A stretch of DNA of 64,000 nucleotides from Octopus vulgaris. Taxonomy: Eukaryota. This document shows positions 50,939 through 64,000 of the stretch, in pieces (within the stretch, counting starts at the first letter, position 1; each line of letters opens with the position of its first letter). Position numbers and translations under genes: made by a program. The stretch covers positions 83,638,001-83,702,000 of the forward strand of contig OX597817.1 in the NCBI GenBank assembly GCA_951406725.2, given 5' to 3'. Below the pieces are notes generated by a model. It was not told the DNA's origin, did not search any database, and saw only the letters and a list, made by a program, of their open reading frames with translations.

Positions 50939-52510
50939 TACATACATATATATATAAAGGTCTGGTTTATATAAATCACAGTATGTGTGTGTATATTGAC
51001 TAATGCATACATTTCCACAATTCTCAACCGATTTTCACCAAGCTTTACACACATTACTTATGTTTCAAGAATGGTCATGCACTATAACATGCACTATAAC
51101 ATTTTGCCCAGAACTCCCGCATAAATGGACAAACCGGGAAAAACGATGGTTTACACAGGTTTTTCTCTAATTCGATGTATGTCCATAGTTTTTTTTTTGA
51201 ATGTAGGGTCTTCCATACTTTTTTAATCTATGGTCGTATATTGGCATTAGAGAATATTTTTTAGTGGTTTTCATATGTTTTTGATATATTATTTATTTGT
51301 ATGTTGTAATTGTGTATTATTACTTTCTAAATTTATTTTATATGTATATCAGTGTGTTTGAAGTGTCTTGGTTAGAGAATATTATAAAAGTGAAAGGATT
51401 TTGTCTGTTTATTTATTTCGACTGTCCACTTGCGACAGTGATTAAATCGACTAGGAACACTGTACTCAATGAATATCCAATACCAAACAATCTTAATCTC
51501 CATATTTAAACTGCATTAAACTTTGGCAAGCTTACTTTTACCTATTCTGAGTTACTTGAAAGATGATGTTCCCGTCCCTCTCTTCTATTTGTTGATACCT
51601 TTGTTTACCTACCTGTGTGTTGTTTCACTTTAAGGATGCTTATTCACACATCCAATATGATATTTTGACTGTTGTCCATTGTTTCAAATATGTTGTAGCA
51701 TTGTTGTTCTAGCCTTTTTTAAACAATCACAGAAATTTCATTTTCATGTAAGACAACTATATTTCAAGTCATTATATGTTCTGTGATAATTAAAGCACAA
51801 CAACCTCCACAATAACCAGCCTCCAGTTTGATTTTCCGTTCCTAGGTTAATCAGAAACATAGATTGCCATGCTACTCATAAACCTTCTTGGTAGTTCAAT
51901 TATTTGGTGAAAATAATACCACCCAAGCAACTTAAACTGTCTAAAGGATGGGTGCATTTGCTAGTATATATATCTATATACATAAATGTGTAATGGTGTC
52001 TGTGTGTGTTTGGGGTTACACTAACTCCTCTCACACCATCCAACAGATTTTAATGATTTTTGGCACATAGGTAGATCACATGCCCTGAAGTAAGGCCAGA
52101 GTTTTTTCGAAAACTCGATAATGATCAGTTGGCATTGATTTTTGTTAGCTCAGCCGGACATTTGAATAGAAATTCCAATAACGATGTTATTTTTCCTGCA
52201 GCTTTTTCATTTTATTTTTGTCCAATTTTGATGAAAATCGATGAGTGAATTGATGTCAGTATGGTAGCATTAAGGGGAGAGAACTAAACAACAGTCAAGA
52301 TACACCCAAAAGTTTGACTGTGATTTCAGGCGGTCTAGTATGTAGAAGTATGTCAAAAGCATTAATTGGGTAACATCCCTACCAAACTAGATATAACATC
52401 TTAATGGGTAATAGTTGGCATGAGGATCGTAGAAGATTTCAATAGAAGGTCAGAGGTGAGCTTAACTTCAACACGGAAAACACGAAAAATGCTGGGTTCA
52501 CAGCTTGTGT
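50935..52510 (+). mobile_element. Two adjacent non-autonomous Helitron-like elements
   Basis: AACCGATTTTCACCAA-CTT motif shared with 44280; GCTAGT end at 51965, directly followed by TCTATATACATAAA; second degenerate end near 52508. Confidence 0.5.
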
Positions 52511-52534
52511 AGATATATATATATATATATATCT

Positions 52535-53100
52535 TATCTTTATTTGTTTCAGTCATTAGACTGTAGTTATGCTGGGGCACGACCTTGAATTTCTCTTAAT
52601 TGAATGGACTTCAGTACTTATTTTTTTGAAGCCTGGCACTTATTCTATTGATCCCTTTTACCAAACACATCAACACCGGTTGTCAAGTAGTGATGGGAAG
52701 ACGAATACAAGCACAAAGACACACACACACATATATATGTATGTGTATATATTCTTTTATTTGTTTCAGTCATTTGACTGCGGCTGTGCTGGAGCACCGC
52801 CTTCAGTTGAACAATTTGACTCCAAGACTTATTCTTTGTAAACCTAGTACTTATTCTATCAGTCGCTTTTGCCAAACCGCTAAGTTACAAGGTTGTAAAT
52901 GCACCAGCATCGGTTGTCAAGCAATGGTGGGGGAACAAACACAGAAACACACAATGGGCTTCTTTCAGTTTCTCTCTACCAAATCCACTCACAAGGCTTT
53001 GGTCAGCCCAAGGCTATAGTAGAAGACACTTGCCCAAGGTGCCACACAGTGGGACTGAACCCGGAACGATGCTACTTACCACACAGCCACTCCTGCACCT
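52535..53100 (-). mobile_element. Tandem CORE-type SINEs (family B)
   Basis: AGAAGACACTTGCCCAAGGTGCC core, two tails, head CACACAGCCACTCCTGC. Confidence 0.88.
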
Positions 53101-53169
53101 AAACACCTGTCATTGACTAGGTTGAAAAAAACTACCAAAATTGTACTATGAATATTGAAAGTTATTCAC

Positions 53170-53500
53170 TTAAAATGTATTGAACATGAGGACCACAATG
53201 AATATCAATGGCCACAGGACATTACACTGTGGAACACCACTCATTATTTGTGCTTTCTTGGAAGTGGCCCCATTGACCACCACTACCTGACTTCTATCTA
53301 GAAAGTCATGTAGACATTCTCCAAGTTTCCAAATATGGCAAGATTTTGAAGCTTGTGACAAATCATACTATGGTCGACTTTGTCAAAGGCTTTTGTAAAT
53401 CAAGGTATTTCACTTCAACATTTGAATTGTTGAGTAGCTGCTTTAGCACCCAGAAGAGAGCTGTGACTGCAATGTGTACATGTTGGAAAAGGGCCATTAG
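53170..53500 (-). mobile_element. CR1-group RT fragment
   Basis: DL.KAFDKVDH...LHDFL.DRSQVVVVNG...SGVPQCNVLWPLIF. Confidence 0.85.
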
Positions 53501-54399
53501 CTACCTCTGGAGGGCTGCTAGAGACTCTGGACCACTTCCATTGTCTCTGGCGTAAAATTTTACTCAAGAATTATCTTTTAGTTTTTATATAGATGTTGTA
53601 GTCTTTCTTGCTATAGATGGACAGACAGACACACATATGCACACTCCCACACAGACATTCATTTTTATTATATATATATACTAGCTGACCCCTTGCCGTT
53701 AAAAATGATGGCAAAGGGTATAAAATGGTGGAAAAAAAATCAAACAGTACTTCAAATCTGTGTGTGTGCGCAGGTGCGCATATGTATACATTTATATGTA
53801 TGAGTAGCACAGTTTGTAGCGAATGTGGTTTTCTATACTTTGTCACAGCCCGCTTTCTTCCTTTTTAAGTGTGTCTGTTTATATATAAATATGTATATAT
53901 ATATATGTGTGTGTGTGTATAAAACCTCATGTCTGTAATTCTATTTTCTATGTATCTTTCTAAATAAACATACACAAACACACACATACACACAGACACA
54001 CAAACATTCACATTCCTCCCTTTTACACGCACACGCATATACTCAGAGTTGAGGCACTATTTGATTTTTGTTTCACTGTTGATTTTTCACCATCTCACTT
54101 CTATCGGTGGACCACCCCTTCCTTTCTCATTCATATACTGTGTTGGAGAAATACAGAAGAGTTTTATTATATTAGATTATAATAGAAGATACACGATACT
54201 CTCTTTGCCACTTCCTCTCTCTCATTGCTATTTCTTTCTCTCACTCTCTCTCTCTCAGTCATGGCTATTACTCTCTGTACTTCTCCTTCACTGAATTACT
54301 ATTTTCTTTCCTCTCCCTTCACCATTTACTCTGGCTGCATGACTTTGGACAATAAAAACTCTACACTCATTACTATATCAGGATATATATATATATATA

Positions 54400-55665
54400 T
54401 CAGGTCATGCCATAAGTTCTGTTCAAATTTTGGATAAAGAAAACAAGTGATCAAATGTTATATTTAATTGAAATTTTATCATCAGTGTACTTTCCCTGAT
54501 TATCTATGACTTCCTTCCATCTATTTACAAGCTTCAATATAAAACTCTTTTGGTTTCAAAGCAAAGAACTCTCAAATGTCAGTTTCAACCTCCTCCAAGC
54601 TTGCGAAAGTTATGTCCCCCAAATGATTCTGTAAACTAGGAAACAAATGGTAGTCTGAGGGAGCAAGGTCAGGAGAATAAGGCGGATAACAAATTTTTTC
54701 CCAACCAAACTCTTCAATCTTCTGTGATGTGATCTTTTCAGTGTAGAGTCACACACTGTCCTGATGAAACATCACTCCTTTTTGATTCACTAAAGTGGGT
54801 CTCTTTTTCTTCAAAGCTTGGTTCAAACACTCTAATAGCTGACAATACACTTGAGCATTGATTGTTGCATTAGGTTGTAACAATTTAAAGTGAATTACTC
54901 CTTTGCAATCCCACCAGAGCCTTTTTTCCATCAAGTTCCCTTCTCGGTTGTGGTTGAGTTTTTTCCCTTTTACCAAGCCACTGTTTACGACATTTAACAT
55001 TTCTACAGAAGTTCCATTTTTTGTCACCAGTCACAAGTCTATCCAAAAAGGGTGAAATGAGTTCACGAGAATGGAGAGAAGAGCAGATGTCAACTCAAGA
55101 TTTGCGGTTGCTTTTGGACAATTTATGAAGCACCCATTTTCCAAGTTTAGGAACCTTTCCAAATTGTTGAAGATGGCAATGAACAGTTGTATGGTTTGAA
55201 CTAAGGTTTATTGCCAATTTTTCAACTGATAATGCAGGATTTTCTTCAAGTAATGCCTCAAGGAGCTTATTATCAAACTCAACTGGACATCTTGTTCGAT
55301 CTTCATCTTCAAGGCTGAAATCTCCACTTCTGAATTTTGCATAACATCTTCTGCAAGTTCTTTCATTCTAGCATTCTTTCCCATAAACTGAGTGTATGTT
55401 TCGAGTTGCTTCAGCTGCAGAGTTTCCTTTTTTGTACTCATAGAGCATTATGTGCCTCAAATGCTCTTTGGATATTTCCATGTTAGAAAGGATTTTAATC
55501 AAAGAAATTTTAATTCTATTATTCTGTAAAATAATATTTAATTAGTTTAAATGTACACAAAAGTATAAAAAATAATTTTTAATTCCATTAGACATTCTAA
55601 AATACTATTAAATTTCTTTCAATTTTAAAAAAGGTAAAATTGGACAGACTTATGGGATAACCTGA
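54400..55665 (-). mobile_element. Full-length decayed mariner element
   Basis: TIRs TCAGGTCATGCCATAAGT and ACTTATGGGATAACCTGA flanked by TA; LVTGDKKW, WWDCKGVIHF, FHQDS and YSPDLAPSDY motifs, with frameshifts. Confidence 0.93.
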
Positions 55666-55857
55666 TATATATATATACACACAACAGGCTTCTTTCTATT
55701 TCTGTCAACTAAATCCACTCACAAGGCTTAGGTTGGCCTGAGGCTATAGTAGAAGACACTTGGCTTGGCCAAAGTTTCATGCAGTAGGACTAAACCTGGA
55801 ACAATGTGGTTGGAAAGTAAGCTTTTTACCACACCTGCACCTATGTGTATATATATA

Positions 55858-55888
<31 letters not shown>

Positions 55889-56129
55889 ATATTCATACAT
55901 ACACACACCACACACACATGCATACGTATGTACATTCATTAATGCAAGCTTACATGCATGCATGATGTGCTCTGCACAATTTTCCCATCTACCAAATTCT
56001 GCTCCTGAAGTATTACTCAATCTTACATTAAAGCAGCAGACTATACTATTTTAACATTTACGTCTGCAAAACAGCTCATTAATTTTTTTTCTTGCCTTTT
56101 AAAATCTTTTTCTTTGTTTTTTCTGCCAG

Positions 56130-56201
56130 GCTGCCCTCAAACTAAAAACAAGTATATTGAAGAAAAAGAATCCAGGACCTCTGACTTCTACTTCAACAGA
56201 A
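56130..56201 (+). CDS. FOCAD: Focadhesin-like gene, internal 72-bp exon (AALKLKTSILKKKNPGPLTSTSTE)
   Basis: Long pyrimidine tract with CAG acceptor and GTAAGT donor. Phase 0-0, in frame with the next exon; positionally matches vertebrate AVGHLIAAVLKE...STNQ. Confidence 0.7.
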
Positions 56202-56220
56202 GTAAGTATCATGCAAGATA

Positions 56221-56446
56221 TTAACCCTTTAGCATTTAAAAAAGCTATATCTAATCCAAATGTTCTACCTATTTTATGCTCAAACCAACCGAATCCAATC
56301 TCTCATACTTACTCTACAATGTCATTCTAGAAGTAAGCAGTCACATCGTTGAAATCTCAGACTTACAAGATAATACGATTATTACGAAACAATGTGAATA
56401 AGTAAGCACTACATTTGACAAAGTTATCTGAATGCTAAATGGTTAA
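56221..56446. mobile_element. piggyBac-type MITE
   Basis: TTAA-CCCTTTAGCATT ... AATGCTAAATGG-TTAA. Confidence 0.85.
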
Positions 56447-56885
56447 AGTGTTAGAAATTCACTTATCATATAAAGGGTAACTTTGGAAGTATACTTTTTG
56501 CTATTGTAAAATGAACCTGTATAATGCACCCGTACCAGTGACACATGAAAGGTACCCGTGCCAGTGGCAAGTGTAAAAGCACTCACTACACTCTGGAGTG
56601 GCTGGTATTAGGAAGGGCATCTAGCTGTAGAAACCAAGCCAATCCAGACAGGAGCCTGGTACAGCTCTCTGACTTAGCAGTACTAGCCAAACCATCTAAC
56701 TCATGCCAGCATGGAAAACAGATAGCCATTTTGAAACCATTATTATATAGAAATTTATTCTTTTATATCATTTTTTTTTTCTTTTTGTTACTAGTTCCAA
56801 TCAGAGGGTGTTGGCCATGCTGGGGTACTGCTACAAATTGACAAATTTTACTACAAAAATTCACTGTTTATTTTTTTTTTTATGT

Positions 56886-57114
56886 TTAACCCTTTAGTAT
56901 TTAAACCGGCCATATCCGGCCAAAAGTATTCTGTCTGTTTTATGTTCAAACTGGCCAGGTCTGGCCTCTCACACTGACCCTACAATATCGTTTTAAAAAT
57001 TAACAGCTACCTCATCAAAATCTCATAACTACAAGATATTGCATGATTAGTTCAAAACAATGTGGATAAAAAAGCTTTAATTTTGGCAGAATAATGCAAA
57101 CACTAAAGGGTTAA
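56886..57114. mobile_element. piggyBac-type MITE (same family)
   Basis: TTAA-CCCTTTAGT ... ACTAAAGGG-TTAA. Confidence 0.88.
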
Positions 57115-57259
57115 AGTAATATGTCTCGATATAATTATGTTGTTGAAAATGAAGGACATTGCTTGTATGATGGCAACACTTGTTTACAGCTGTCACACAA
57201 TGTCAAAACAAGGAGATACTAACACTTCTCCATATATCTTTATGTAACTATCTGTTTGT

Positions 57260-57578
57260 CATTATCATCATCATCATCGTTTAATGTCCGCTTTCCATGC
57301 TAGCATGGGTTGGACGATTTGACTGAGGTCTGGCGAACCAGATGGCTGCACCAGACGCCAATCTGATCTGGCAGAGTTTCTACAGCTGGATGCCCTTCCT
57401 AACGCCAACCACTCCGAGAGTGTAGTGGGTGCTTTTATGTGCCACCGGCATGAGGGCTAGTCAGGCGGTACTGGCAACGGCCATGCTCAAATGGTGCTTT
57501 TTATGTGCCACCTGCACAGGAGCCAGTCCAGTGGCACTGGCAACGACCTCCCTCAAATGTTTTTTTTCATGTGCCACT
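57260..57578 (-). mobile_element. RTE 3' UTR fragment
   Basis: Near-identical to 35900-36250 and 25320-25640. Confidence 0.88.
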
Positions 57579-58119
57579 TTGTATATATATAAATATGTGT
57601 GTGTGTAAATGTAGGGATAAGCAAATTAGACATCAATTTGTGAAGTATATTAAATACATGAAATACAAAAAAATGTAAATCTGTATACATATAAAAAGGT
57701 CCAACTTACACAGAGTACAAATGATATAGGGAATTAAGGAGTGAAGGAAAAGAATTACAAATCCAACAGCTGTTTCTGGAGGCTCTGGGTAGGGGGTTCT
57801 GAAAGGGGTCTTAGGGAATAGTGTCCCTGCCTTCCTGAGCTAGTTTTCCATCACATTTCTTAAAAATCACGGTAGAGGCCTTGGTCTCCTATCTAGAAAC
57901 TGAGGTTGGGGTTAAGCAAGGGAATGCTCCCTGTAGAAAATTCAGCTCCAAAAAGCCTCATGATAGCAAAGGAGAATTGGTACCATCCAGCCCAAAGGTG
58001 AGTGGGCTGCACCTGCCTACCTTGGTTGCTATGGCATTGAAGTAGATCCAGCGATCCCCATTAATGGGGACAAAACCCAGATTTAAAACACTGGATGATG
58101 ATGATGACATGCACGTGCA

Positions 58120-58482
58120 TATGACTGGTTTCTTTCAGTCTCAGTCTATCAAATCCACTCTGAAGACTTTAACTGCCAAGATACTATGCAGTTAGACTGA
58201 ATCCAAAATGATGGGGTTGAAAAGCAAGCTTCTCAGTCACACAGCCACACTTGTTTCTTTATTGGCCACAAGGGGCTAAACACAGAGGGGACAAACAAGG
58301 ACAGACAAAGGGATTAAGTCAATTACATCGACCCCAGTGCGTAACTGGTACTTAATTTATTGACCCCGAAAGAATGAAAGACAAAGTCGACCTTGGCGGA
58401 ATTTGAACTCAGAACGTAATGGCAGACAAAAATCCGCTAGCATTTTGCCCGGTGTGCTAACGTTTCTACCACACTTGTGCCT
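58120..58482 (-). mobile_element. Family A SINE nested in the head of a family B SINE
   Basis: 10-bp TSD CCACACTTGT on both sides of the inner SINE. Confidence 0.82.
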
Positions 58483-58844
58483 ATAGCTATGCTTGCATGT
58501 AACACATGCTGAAATTACTTTTAAATTATCAAAAGAATTCTACTAATTGCTCACAGTTAATTAGTAATCAAAATGAAAGAAGGGAAAGTCCACCCCATTT
58601 CAGTTATATTCCACAACTGTGGAGTTCTTTTTATCATCCATAAAACGAAAAAAAAAAACAAATAATAATAATTTTCTGTTTATTTTTTCCTTATTTCTTA
58701 ATTCCTATTTCTTCTCTTCAGAAAGAATTCTAAATGAGCAGAAACTATGTTAACTATACCCAGTCATTAATGTTTTCAGTCTGCAAGCACTGAAAAATCT
58801 ATAAATATTGCATTCCTTTTTCAATCTCAGTTTCATTGTTATTC

Positions 58845-59213
58845 TTTTACTTGTTTCTGTCATTTGACTGCAGCCATGCTGGAGCATTGCCTTGGGGGGT
58901 TTTAGTTGAAGAAATCAACCCAGGATTTATTTTCTAAGCCTTGTACTTATTCTATTGGTCTCTTGCTGAACCGCTTAGTTACAGGGACATAAACACACCA
59001 ACACCGGTTGTCAAGCAGTTATGAGGGGAGACAAACACACACACGTAGATATATACAACGGGCTTCTTTTCAGTTTCTATCTACCGAATCCACTCAAGAG
59101 GCTTTGGTTGGACAGGAGCTATAGTAGAAGACACTTACCCAAGGTGCCATGCAGTAAGACTGAACCTGGAACCATGTAGTTGGAAAGCAAGCTTCTTACT
59201 ACACAGCCATGCC
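58845..59213 (-). mobile_element. Full-length CORE-type SINE family B
   Basis: Tail, body, core and head are all present. Confidence 0.88.
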
Positions 59214-59754
59214 TTTTGTTCATCATTAACCAGTTTTCTGCATTTGGGCTGTTATTCTGGGGCACTATTTTTTTTTATGGTTTTTCGTAATCACTTCAAC
59301 TCCATAATTATTTCAGTTTGGTATATATTTTATGGAATTATATTTAGCAAATTATTATGTTTTTTTTTTTTTATATAATTGCTTATTTGTTTCTGTATTT
59401 GGAGTGCAACCATGCTGGGGCACTGCTTTGAATGGTTTTGGTTAAACAAATTGACCTTTTACTGTCAATCTCTTTTGTGAAACTGCTAAGTTACATGAAT
59501 ATAAACCAACCGACACTAGTTCTCAAGCAGTCTTTAGTGTTCAAATTATTCTGTCAAATGTAGCACATTTATTCACACTATTTTGAATTAATCATGCATT
59601 ATCTCATAGAATCAAGACTTTGATGGTGTAATTTCTAATTTTTTGAATAACATAGTAAAGTAGAAGTGTGAGGTTGGATCTGGTCAGTTTGAACATCAAG
59701 CAGGTAAAATATTTGGACTGGATATGGCCAGTTTAAATGCTAAAGTATTAAACC

Positions 59755-60220
59755 CCGTCTAGTTCCAGTCTCTGGACAGAATGTGTTCATCAGCAATGTC
59801 CTTCCACTTTTAAGCATTTGTGTAAAGATACTTTGTATCTCTCTTGCAAACATGTATGAAATAAGTTCTTTTATCAGAGCTCAGTTCACCATACAACAGG
59901 CCTTTTTGGGATAACACCCATCTGAAATGTAACAAACATGACTCAGCCAGTAAAGGCATTATTGTTGCAGTTTGGATGAGGAGATTGGATATCTGCATGC
60001 AACACAAGAGCTTGTTGTTGATTTGGTCAATCTGCATGATGTCCAGAATCTATCTCAAGTTGTGTTAGTGGAAGGCAATGAAATATTGCACTGTTTTGGA
60101 ATAGATGCTCCAGGTTCCACTGCCATGAAGTGGTGCACTAAGGATGCAAGTTTTGTTGATAGCAATTTTCGTGTGCATTATTTGTTTACTGGGTTCCAAG
60201 ACTCTTGTCATCAGCCTACC
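59755..60220 (-). mobile_element. RTE (BovB-like) C-terminal fragment
   Basis: KGLLYGELSSDKR....VCKRDTK. Confidence 0.65.
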
Positions 60221-61749
60221 TAGCATCTTTTAACATCCATTTTTCTTACTGGTATGAGTTAGGCTCATTGACAGAATCCAACAGGTTTGAAGACTGCATT
60301 GTGCTCTATTGTCCACTTTAGCATGTTTTCAATAGCTGGCATTTCAAGGTATGGAGCGGAGACAAGAGAACAGGTAGTGAGGGTGGGTAAACATTGCAGG
60401 AGGGTATAGGGAAAGTGAGAGATGGTTAGAGATGGAGAGTGGGTGTCCTAGATCTTTCGTCTTCAAATTGATGGTGAATGACAAACTTTTATGAGACTGT
60501 CCAAAGGACATTAAGTTTCTCCTCCAAGTGTTTTGCTAGTACATATACATCTTTAGAAATATATACACTTATAAATTGCAGTTCTTACTCACAGTCAATG
60601 AATATGAATAGGTAGATATTTTTATTTTGACAGTAGTACCATAAATCAAATTTATATAAAACCTGTCTATGTTTGTGTATATATGTATGTAAACTCTATT
60701 TTCACTGTTCACTAGGTAACTTAAAGTCCTAGAGTATAAACTTTGCTTCCATGTTCAACATGATACCAAATATAAATAATTCAAACTGTTTCTTTTTCTT
60801 AAACTTAAAATAATTTCTATGTGTAAATCTGAATTAAGTCCTGTGACAGAAGCTTCATATATCCAGTCAAAAGTATTCTATTGAAATTTAAGCATCAACC
60901 ATATTATGTGACAACACATTTTAATTTTCTCTCTGTAGTTAGATCACTTGTTAAATAAATTTTCGCATATCATATATCAGTTTTCTTACTTTACATGTGT
61001 AGACAAATTTTCTTATATGTTTATCTTAAAAATATTTAATCATTTTGCATTTATACCTTCCTTTTCATGTTATTCCTCTAATTAAAATATATTCAAAATT
61101 AATCATATTCAAGTTTTTTTAGTCTTGTTTTTTTTTTTAAATTTGTTTTTTCACCATTTTACCTTTTTTCAATGTCATCTAATTTTGTCTGAATTATAAT
61201 TCTGAGATATCTCAAATTTCTATGATTTTTTAAAGAAATTCAAATGTGGAGGGAGATTAAATCATTTGTGTTAGATCCCAGATCAACCCAGAACGAATGA
61301 ACTTATCTTACAAATAATTCTTTCTAATTTTGGCACAAGGCCAGCAATTCTGAGAGAAGTGGGCAAGTTGATTGTATTGACTCCAGTAACTGGCTAGTAT
61401 TTTATTTTATCAATCCCAAAAGGATGAAAGGCAAAGTTGAATCTCAGCAGTATTTGATCTCAACATGTAAACAGCCAAAAGAAATATTGTCCGATGTTTT
61501 TTCTGATGCATTAATGGTTCTGCAAATTGACTGCCTTAATGATAACAACCTTATTGTGTACAGTGCTCAGAGAACTACAACTTGTGGGAAAAAGATAAAA
61601 GAGGGTTCAGAAAGCAGCCAAAAACATCAAGTAAAGAATGCTAAAAAACATATATTGTATACAGAAAAGTAAGCAGTAAAAAAGCCTTAAAGAGAAAAGG
61701 GCTCATAATAGTGTTGCCAAATTTTGGGAAACGTGAAATTTTTGAAAGG

Positions 61750-62275
61750 TGTAGTGTCCTGACAGTTAACAACTGACACAGTTTATTCCATGCTTCAGCA
61801 ATTCTGAGCATGAAAACATGTTTCCAACAGTCATGGGTGCTGTTGTGTTTTTTTATTTTATAAGTGTCCTCAGGTGGTAGAGATGTTGAATTCAAAAAGT
61901 TGGTCAAAGTTGTTGAAAAGATGGTGGCTATTCTTATAGGCTTGTACGAAGTCAGCTGCTAGACATCAAAAGCACTTGTGTGTTGATGTCCAGAGAAACA
62001 AGACATTTAAGATATGATGATCGATGGCAAGTATTTGTCTGGTTGTATGTCTCTTGACAGCTTTCAGTAGATTGGTATTCTGAGTAAGAGAATGTTTTCA
62101 GATTGGAGATACAAACTGTGAGATCACTGCATAGCTATCTATATCTTTAAATAGATAGTCAGAGAGTGGCTGACAAAGGTCTCACGAGTGATGTCTAGAA
62201 ACCTTTGACCTTTTTTGACAATTTGAGAAATGTGGTTTGTCCAACACTGATTATGAGTGCTGCACTGTTTTTTGA
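61750..62275 (-). mobile_element. CR1-group LINE C-terminal relic
   Basis: LAADFVQAYK...YKIKKHNSTHDCWKHVFMLRIAEAWNKL. Confidence 0.7.
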
Positions 62276-62828
62276 TTTTAGAAGGAGACCTGCCTGCCAT
62301 AACAGAATTGATATCCTAAAACCAAGGTGCTATGCAAAAATCACTGGTGCAGGTGCCACATAAAAGCACTCAGTAGACACTGTAAAGTTGTTGTTGTTAG
62401 GAAGGGCATCCAGCTGTAGAAACCAGACCAAAACAGACTTTGGAAGCTGGTGGGGACCCTGGCCATGCCAGTTGCTGTCAAACTATCCTATCCATGCCAG
62501 GATAGAAAACAGGCGTTAAATGACAGTGATGATAATAATGATGATGAGGATGATGATAAACATGTTCAAAGGCTACATTTTAGAAAGTGTTCCATTTCCA
62601 TTTTTTTAAAACAGTAGGATGTATTTTAGTGAATCTAGCTTCTATTTCTAGCAAATTGAGCTGCCACCTAGTGATGTCTTCAACTGCTTTCACTGGTATA
62701 ATTTGAATTATTTCAGAAATTTGGCAATGTATGGTATCTATAGGATCTGATTTTTACTCTATCTAACACTTATTTCATTTAACTGATTGCAAGTTAAATG
62801 CTAATCTGATTTTCTTGTCCTTCTCTAG

Positions 62829-62983
62829 ACTCCTGAACTTCAACAGCTGTGGACAGCTTGCTGTGATGACAGCCCTTATAACTGTCACACCAGCTGTCAG
62901 GTTCTACTAACTCTTGTCTATTCTAAAGATGCAGATTATTCTTATGTACTCAATGGCTTACTCAATCTAATACCCTCTGCCAA
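62829..62983 (+). CDS. FOCAD: Focadhesin-like gene, 155-bp exon
   Basis: CTAG acceptor and GTAAGT donor. TPELQQLWTACCDDSPYNCHTSCQVLLTLVYSKDADYSYVLNGLLNLIPSA resembles human FOCAD TPALNLLWEKCCSDN...AEFSYVLNGILNLIPST (recalled sequence). Confidence 0.88.
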
Positions 62984-63342
62984 GTAAGTAGATTTTGATG
63001 TCTTAACTTTAATATTTCAGATCAGCTTTTCATAAACTTTCCATTTTATTGCTCCCTCACAATGCTTCAGCAAAAGTAAAAGCACCACAAGAAATTGCTG
63101 CTGACGACTCATGTGGCCCATTGGAGTAATGAGCCCCACTAGATGGAGTGGCTGCTGAAGTGAGTGTCACTGGCCATTCACTATGGCAACATCATTGTGG
63201 TCGTTGCTGCTGGGCAAGGCTGAATACATCATTTGTTCTGAGATATGTGGCCCATTGCTTCCTCCTCCTCCATCTTTTGCTGCTTTACCCCATTCCCTGC
63301 CCCTTTTCTTCTTTATTTCTCTTCTTTCCTGTTTCTTAGTAT

Positions 63343-63786
63343 TTAACCCTTTAGCATTCAAATTATTCTCTCAAATTCTGTTGTGTCTGGGGAGAGTCAT
63401 TTTCTTTTTGTGCCTTATAATTTAACACTCTCACTGGTAAAATTTCCACTTACTTCTTATTTTTATAAATAAGTGGAAATTTTACTGGTGAGTGTGTTAA
63501 ATTATAAGGCACAAAAAGAAAATGACTCTCCCCAGACACAACAGAATATGCTTCAACACACGAACTCACATAAAGAATCTTGCAAACCAAATCCCAAAAC
63601 GAAATATTCTGTCAAATGTTCTGCTTTTTCATTCACACCATTTTTAATTAATCTTGCATTGTTTTGTTGCTTCAAAATTTTGGTAATGAGAAGGGTAGGT
63701 GTGATAGGCTGGATTTCACTGGTTAGAATATAAGGCAAGAAACATATTTGGATCAGTTATGGCTGGTTTAAACATTAAAGGGTTAA
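63343..63786. mobile_element. piggyBac-type MITE containing a palindromic insertion (63375-63603)
   Basis: TTAACCCTTTAGCATT ... TAAAGGGTTAA ends; near-perfect hairpin at 63375-63547. Confidence 0.85.
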
Positions 63787-64000
63787 GTGTTCTGATAAGA
63801 TAAAGGTATTTATTATTAAAAAATTAGTAGCACCTAAGTCAGCTTCATCAATATTAGGTGGGTTGAGAAAAGTTCAAGGAACTGTTACCATGTTGATAAC
63901 AAAGGTCTTTCTGCTCAGAATGAAGGGCAGATGTTATGATGCTTATATTTCCACCCTAGAGCTTATCACCCTCCTCCATCTTTTCAGATTCTATCAAACC

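Noticed and set aside
57761-57790. Minus-strand GAAACAGCUGUU half-hammerhead
   Set aside because: No CUGANGA strand nearby; at most a truncated Penelope-type relic.

Overview
AT-rich, microsatellite- and transposon-dense eukaryotic DNA. The SINE, RTE and Dong families suggest an octopus (coleoid cephalopod) genome; this is inference. Nearly all ORFs in the track are microsatellite artefacts or decayed transposon frames. Elements supported from the sequence: a decayed full-length Ty3/Gypsy element (7537-13147, tRNA-Trp PBS, asymmetric LTRs) inserted into a (TAA)n-targeting Dong/R4 LINE; RTE and CR1-type LINE fragments, one with a PHD-like finger inside its RT; several tRNA-derived SINE families; mariner, piggyBac-type MITE, Helitron and EnSpm-like DNA transposon remains; a DUF4806-like pseudogene; and two exons of a focadhesin (FOCAD)-like host gene near the right end. 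The most interesting signal is a cluster of small hammerhead-ribozyme motifs at 3.6-6.1 kb between (TA)n tracts, probably Penelope-like pLTR relics. It includes one canonical minimal dimer-type motif, compensatory U3-A8 and A3-U8 core variants, and a motif whose three core strands are in a non-circular order (GUC, then GAAA, then CUGAUGA), implying a pseudoknotted or trans-assembled hammerhead. Coordinates of degenerate repeats are approximate and family names were assigned by eye, with no database search.
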